Assembly: GCA_963777505.1 (NCBI GenBank)
Contig: CAVZQN010000003.1
Coordinates: 608,001-672,000 of the forward strand
From: an uncultured bacterium
GTDB taxonomy: Bacteria; Acidobacteriota; HRBIN11; JAKEFK01
DNA length: 64,000 nt
Direction of reading: 5' to 3'
The stretch's first letter is position 1, and the number at the start of each line of letters is the position of its first letter. This document shows positions 60,065 through 64,000 of the stretch, one piece after another. The notes beneath the pieces were generated by a model. It did not search any database, was not told where the DNA came from, and saw only the letters and a list, made by a program, of their open reading frames with translations. A program made the position numbers and the translations under genes.

Positions 60065-63000
60065 ATGGCAAACAAACGGATTTTACTCGTTGACTATGAC
60101 CCGAAAAGCCTGACTTACACCCGCGATTTACTTCAGACCTCCGGCTTTGATGTATCGACCTGTGGCGACGGTGTGACAGCCCTGGATTATTTCAGTTCAC
60201 TGAACCCCGATCTGGTTTTGCTCTCGGCGATGCTTCCAAAAATGCATGGCTTTGAAGTCTGCAGCAATATCCGAAAATTACCGAAAGGTGCTAAAACACC
60301 GGTTGTAATTATCACGGATGTTTATAAAGGAAAGCGCTATCGTCTCGATGCAATCAATAAATATGGCGCCACGGAATACATAGAAAAGCCTATAGAAGAT
60401 TCAAACCTTCTCTCTATTTTACAAAATCTAACCGGAACAAATGGAACTCAAGCTCAGGCCACAGCTGTTCCTTCCGCTATTGCTGAAGCCGAAAGAACGG
60501 TGAGCATTAGCAGCGAAGAATTGATGAATGCTATCAATGTAGCTGCAGCAGAAAAATCACCGCAGAGTAAACCAGCAGTTCCCCCTGCGAAAAAACCTGA
60601 AAGGCCACGAACGAAAGCTGATGATGATATGGATCGCAAGCTCGAAGAATCACTCGCTGGTTTGAGTCTGGATTTTGGCAAAGGAAGTTTGGCGAAGCTT
60701 AAGCCTAAACCCAAACCTGTTGAAGCCGTAAAGCCTGCTGTTGCAGCGCCAAAACCTATAGAGGTTCCAAAACCTGCACCTGTCGCACCGATTGTTAAAC
60801 CGCCGGCGGTTCAAGCAGCGCCTGTTCAAACTCCCACTCCAGCTGTGCCACCAAAAGTCCAGAGCCCCAACGAAAAAGTCCAGAACCTCAACAAAGAAGC
60901 TTTGGATCTTCAGTTGATGATAATGTCATTTTCACATCTGAAGACTTATTTACTGATGTAATCGCCAGTGTAGAAAAGGAACTTGAACACGAAAAAATCA
61001 TAACGAAGTCTGGAGTTAAGGTAAAAACGGGAACAACAACAAATCCGCAAGCGGCTGCACCTAAACCGCCTCAGCCTCAAGCGCCTGCAGAAGTAGCTCC
61101 GGTCGAAAGTTTTGAAGAGGAATTGGAAAAAAGAATTACTTCTACATTATCTGGAATCGTCAAAGACAAAGTTGTTGCAATTAAGTCAGAAACCCCAACA
61201 CCAAAAAAGGAAGAATTGCCTGAATCTCCGACTGTTCAACTCACTCATGATTTTGTTAAAGAAGCGATTTTATCCACAGCTGTATCGTCCGGAGAAGGGA
61301 TTAATTTTGGGCAATATTTGCTTTTAAGCAAGATAGCAGCCGGGGGAATGGCTGAATTATTTAAAGCGAAAAGGAAAGGAGTGGAAGGATTTGAAAAAAT
61401 CCTCGCCATCAAACGCATTCTTCCCCACATGTTGGACAACGAAGAATTCATCACAATGTTTATCGATGAAGCGAAATTGGCGGCTCAACTGACTCATCAA
61501 AACATCTGTCAAATTTTCGATCTGGGAAAAATCGAAAATTCCTACTACATTGCGATGGAGTTTGTTCATGGCAAAGATTTGCGTGCTGTATTAAGAGCGG
61601 CACGCTTACAGCAAAAGCCGATGCCTCTTGAACTTTCGGTCTTGGTAACGTCAAAAATTTGCAGCGCTCTTGATTATGCTCACCGCAAAAATGATATGAA
61701 CAAGCAAGCCGCTGAATCTTAGTTCATCGAGATGTTTCGCCTCAGAATATTTTGATTTCTTATGAAGGAGACGTAAAGCTTGTCGATTTTGGGATTGCAA
61801 AGGCTACTACCAAGCTGCACGTGACTCAGCATGGTGCTCTAAAAGGCAAGTTGTTATATATGTCTCCCGAACAGGCTTGGGGAAAATCTGTTGACCGTCG
61901 TTCTGATGTATTTAGTGTTGGCGGTCTGCTGTATGAAATGTTAGCCGGACGTCCATTGTTTTTTGAAGAAAATGACACAGAAGTATCGATTCTTGATAAG
62001 GTCCGCGAGGCCCAAATAACTCCGATCCGGACTCTGATTCCTGATGTTCCGCAAGAATTGGAAAAAATCCTGGCAAAAGCGCTTCAGAAAAATCCGGAAG
62101 ATCGATATCAATCTGCGAATGAAATGCAAAAAGATCTCGATAATCTGTTTTATACAGAAGGCTACAACGCAACGAGCGCCAGTCTTGCACAATTTGCGCG
62201 CAGTTTGTTTCCAGAAGATTTGGGTCAGGAAGCCAGCGTCCGCGAAACAATCATGTTAAGCAAAGAAGCTTCCAGTTCAATGAAAGCTCAACTGGCAGAC
62301 AAAACGGCTGATAGACCTTCTCCGGAAATATCGAAAACAATGCCACCGGCTCCAGCGCCGAAATTCGTAAAAGCTCCGCAAGCTTCGCCTGTATCTTCAA
62401 ATACGCAGCCTTCCGCAGCTGCTGCTTCTGCAAAGACAAAACCATTAGCCGAGCAACCCAGGAGTGTCGAGGTTCCATCTCAGGCAAAACCTGAACCTCT
62501 TCCTGAGAAACCTGTTGTATCTTCGCCTGTATCGCCTACTCCTACAACTCCGGAAATTTTAACAAGCGGATTTCGCGAAATTTCTGTTCCCGAAATACTC
62601 GCTCCACAGCCTTCAAGCGGAGGTATTACAAAAGTTCTCGCAGGCGGTCTTGCACTGGCTCTGATTGTTGGTGCCATCGGATATTTCCTGTTCCGCCCAA
62701 AACCCGCTGAGAATAGAAAAACCGGCCAACCGAAGCAAACACAGCAAGCTCAGGCACAACCAAAGGCTGATCCTGTTCCAAACGAACAGAAATCAACCTC
62801 TGTCACTCCAGCAGTACCTGTTGAGACGGAAGAACAGAAACAAGAATTGCTTAAACGCATCGAAGAGGAAAAAAAGAAAATAGATTCTTTGAAGGCAGAA
62901 GCTTTGAAAGCGGAAGCGTTGAAAGCAGATGGACTCAAAAAACTTGAAGAACAACAGAAGCTGGATGAACAAAAAAAGTTAGAAGATCTGAAAAAAGAAG

Positions 63001-63515
63001 AAGCTCAAAAGCTGGAAGAGCAACGTCTTGCTGAAGAACAAAAGAAAGCTGAAGCCGATAAAGCGGCCGAAGAGCAACGCCTGCGGGATGAAGCTCAAGT
63101 TGAGCAAGCCCGTTTAGCTCAACTTCAACAAGAACAACAAACACCTTCACAACCTTCGGCTACGCAACCAGAGCCTGCACCGGTACTTCCTCAAGAGCCT
63201 GTTGTTAACGAAGGCGATCTTGTGGACTTATCACCAGATGTGACGAAGCCGGTACTCACAAAAAAAGTGGAACCAGAGTACCCTCCACTGGCGCGACAAA
63301 AGAAAATTGAAGGAACTGTAATTTTACAATTGCTTGTGAATGAGAATGGACAAGTTTCAGATGTTAAAGTTTTACGCAAGGCTGGAGGTTCAACTGGAAT
63401 AACTGAATCTGCTGTTGCAGCCGCGCGGCAATGGGTTTTTCAACCTGCCGTAAAAGCAGGAAAACGCGTAAAAGTTCAAATAACATATCCGATTCATTTC
63501 AAATTGCAAAATTAA
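60065..63515 (+). CDS. Receiver domain - Pro-rich linker - Ser/Thr kinase - TM - coiled coil - TonB C-terminal fusion (about 1149 aa), frameshifted near 60855 and 61700-61721
   Basis: REC (ILLVDYD, PDLVLLS, YIEKP), kinase (GGMAE, AIKR, HRDVSPQN in the shifted frame, DFG, YMSPE), TM segment, PEYP..AR...EG.V...W.F.PA. Frames join ORFs 60065..60961, 61123..61722 and 61752..63515. Confidence 0.85.
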
Positions 63516-63545
63516 AAAATAAAAGGCATTTAGGGAGGATAACTC

Positions 63546-63800
63546 ATGCCGCCACTTTCGAAGGATCAGCAGAAATTTTATGAGAATGCTATTGAGATGG
63601 CAAAAAGACATATCGATGAAATTGATTCGAAGATTGAAGACGAATTATCTCGAATCAAAGAACGGTTAGCCGAATTGCAGAATGAGAAAAAGAATGTTCG
63701 TTCTATCTATGATAGCGCTTGCGCCATGCTCGGAGTTGAAAACGAACTCGAAAAAAGAGAAGAAGCGGCCGAAGGGGCCGAAGATGTCGTAGAGGCATAA
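63546..63800 (+). CDS. Small coiled-coil hypothetical protein
   Basis: GGGAGG RBS, heptad pattern, follows the kinase gene by 30 bp. Confidence 0.8.
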   Translation: MPPLSKDQQKFYENAIEMAKRHIDEIDSKIEDELSRIKERLAELQNEKKNVRSIYDSACAMLGVENELEKREEAAEGAEDVVEA

Positions 63801-63826
63801 GCTTTACTCAGGACTTATTCTATTTA

Positions 63827-63930
63827 GCTGAAGCCCAACTCGCTCTGGAACTCAATTTCTGATTTCCCGACTTGCTTTTAGTAGTAGTCAGCGGCATGGG
63901 AAGAAGAATCCAAAGCGGGTTGGGCTTAGC
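63827..63930. repeat. Imperfect inverted repeat element
   Basis: GCTGAAGCCCAACTCGCTCTGGA (63827-63849) / TCCAAAGCGGGTTGGGCTTAGC (63909-63930). Confidence 0.7.
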
Positions 63931-63934
63931 ATTC

Positions 63935-64000
63935 TAAGATTAAAGATAAAAAATAAAAAATTAAAAATGAGCTCATCTTTGATCTTTTATTTTTAATCTT
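63935..64000. repeat. Inverted 7-bp A-rich array
   Basis: AAGATTA AAGATAA AAAATAA AAAATTA ... TCTTTGA TCTTTTA TTTTAA TCTT. Same style as 13214-13300. Confidence 0.7.

Noticed and set aside
60850-61725. Programmed ribosomal frameshifting in the kinase gene
   Set aside because: No convincing slippery heptamer with stimulator. One break falls just before the catalytic loop, and similar indels occur in unrelated genes.
62860-63140. Repetitive GAA/AAA-rich DNA as a tandem-repeat element
   Set aside because: Explained by the Glu/Lys/Ala coiled-coil linker of the TonB-like region.
55-63611. Numerous 60-150 aa ORFs antisense or out of frame to the called genes
   Set aside because: They overlap well-supported CDS and show no recognisable motifs, so they are treated as shadow ORFs.
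1-64000. CRISPR array or cas genes
   Set aside because: No run of equal-length repeats with unique spacers. Repeats are palindromic doublets or short-period arrays, and there are no cas-like ORFs.

Overview
Core-chromosome segment of a diderm (LPS-producing) bacterium, probably Acidobacteriota. That assignment is inferred from the N-terminally extended Hfq-like protein, fused LptF/LptG, orphan MglA and the REC-kinase-TonB fusion. The window holds about 55 mostly housekeeping CDS (smpB, pdxA-ruvX-mltG, mutS2-dnaG-rpoD-tRNA(CAT), trpS, HU, waaA-lpxK-lpxL-gmhB, EF-G2, xerD, CCA/A-adding enzyme, metK-ahcY, lptFG, GH57). I found no prophage, transposase, CRISPR or rRNA. Three genes are broken by single-base indels that look like long-read errors. 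The most striking feature is non-coding: many gene junctions carry one of several families of miniature palindromic or short-period repeats (GTAG REP doublets, a 9-bp-period TGCGGT element, and 7-bp and 8-bp inverted tandem arrays). These repeatedly overlap or supply stop codons and C-terminal residues, and in two places come with a duplicated gene 3' end. Protein-level highlights are a receiver domain with Ser at the phospho-Asp site fused to a Hanks kinase and periplasmic TonB-C, an ECF-STAS-small protein-CuA operon, and an xerD-archease-OSBS/NSAR-ATP-grasp operon.
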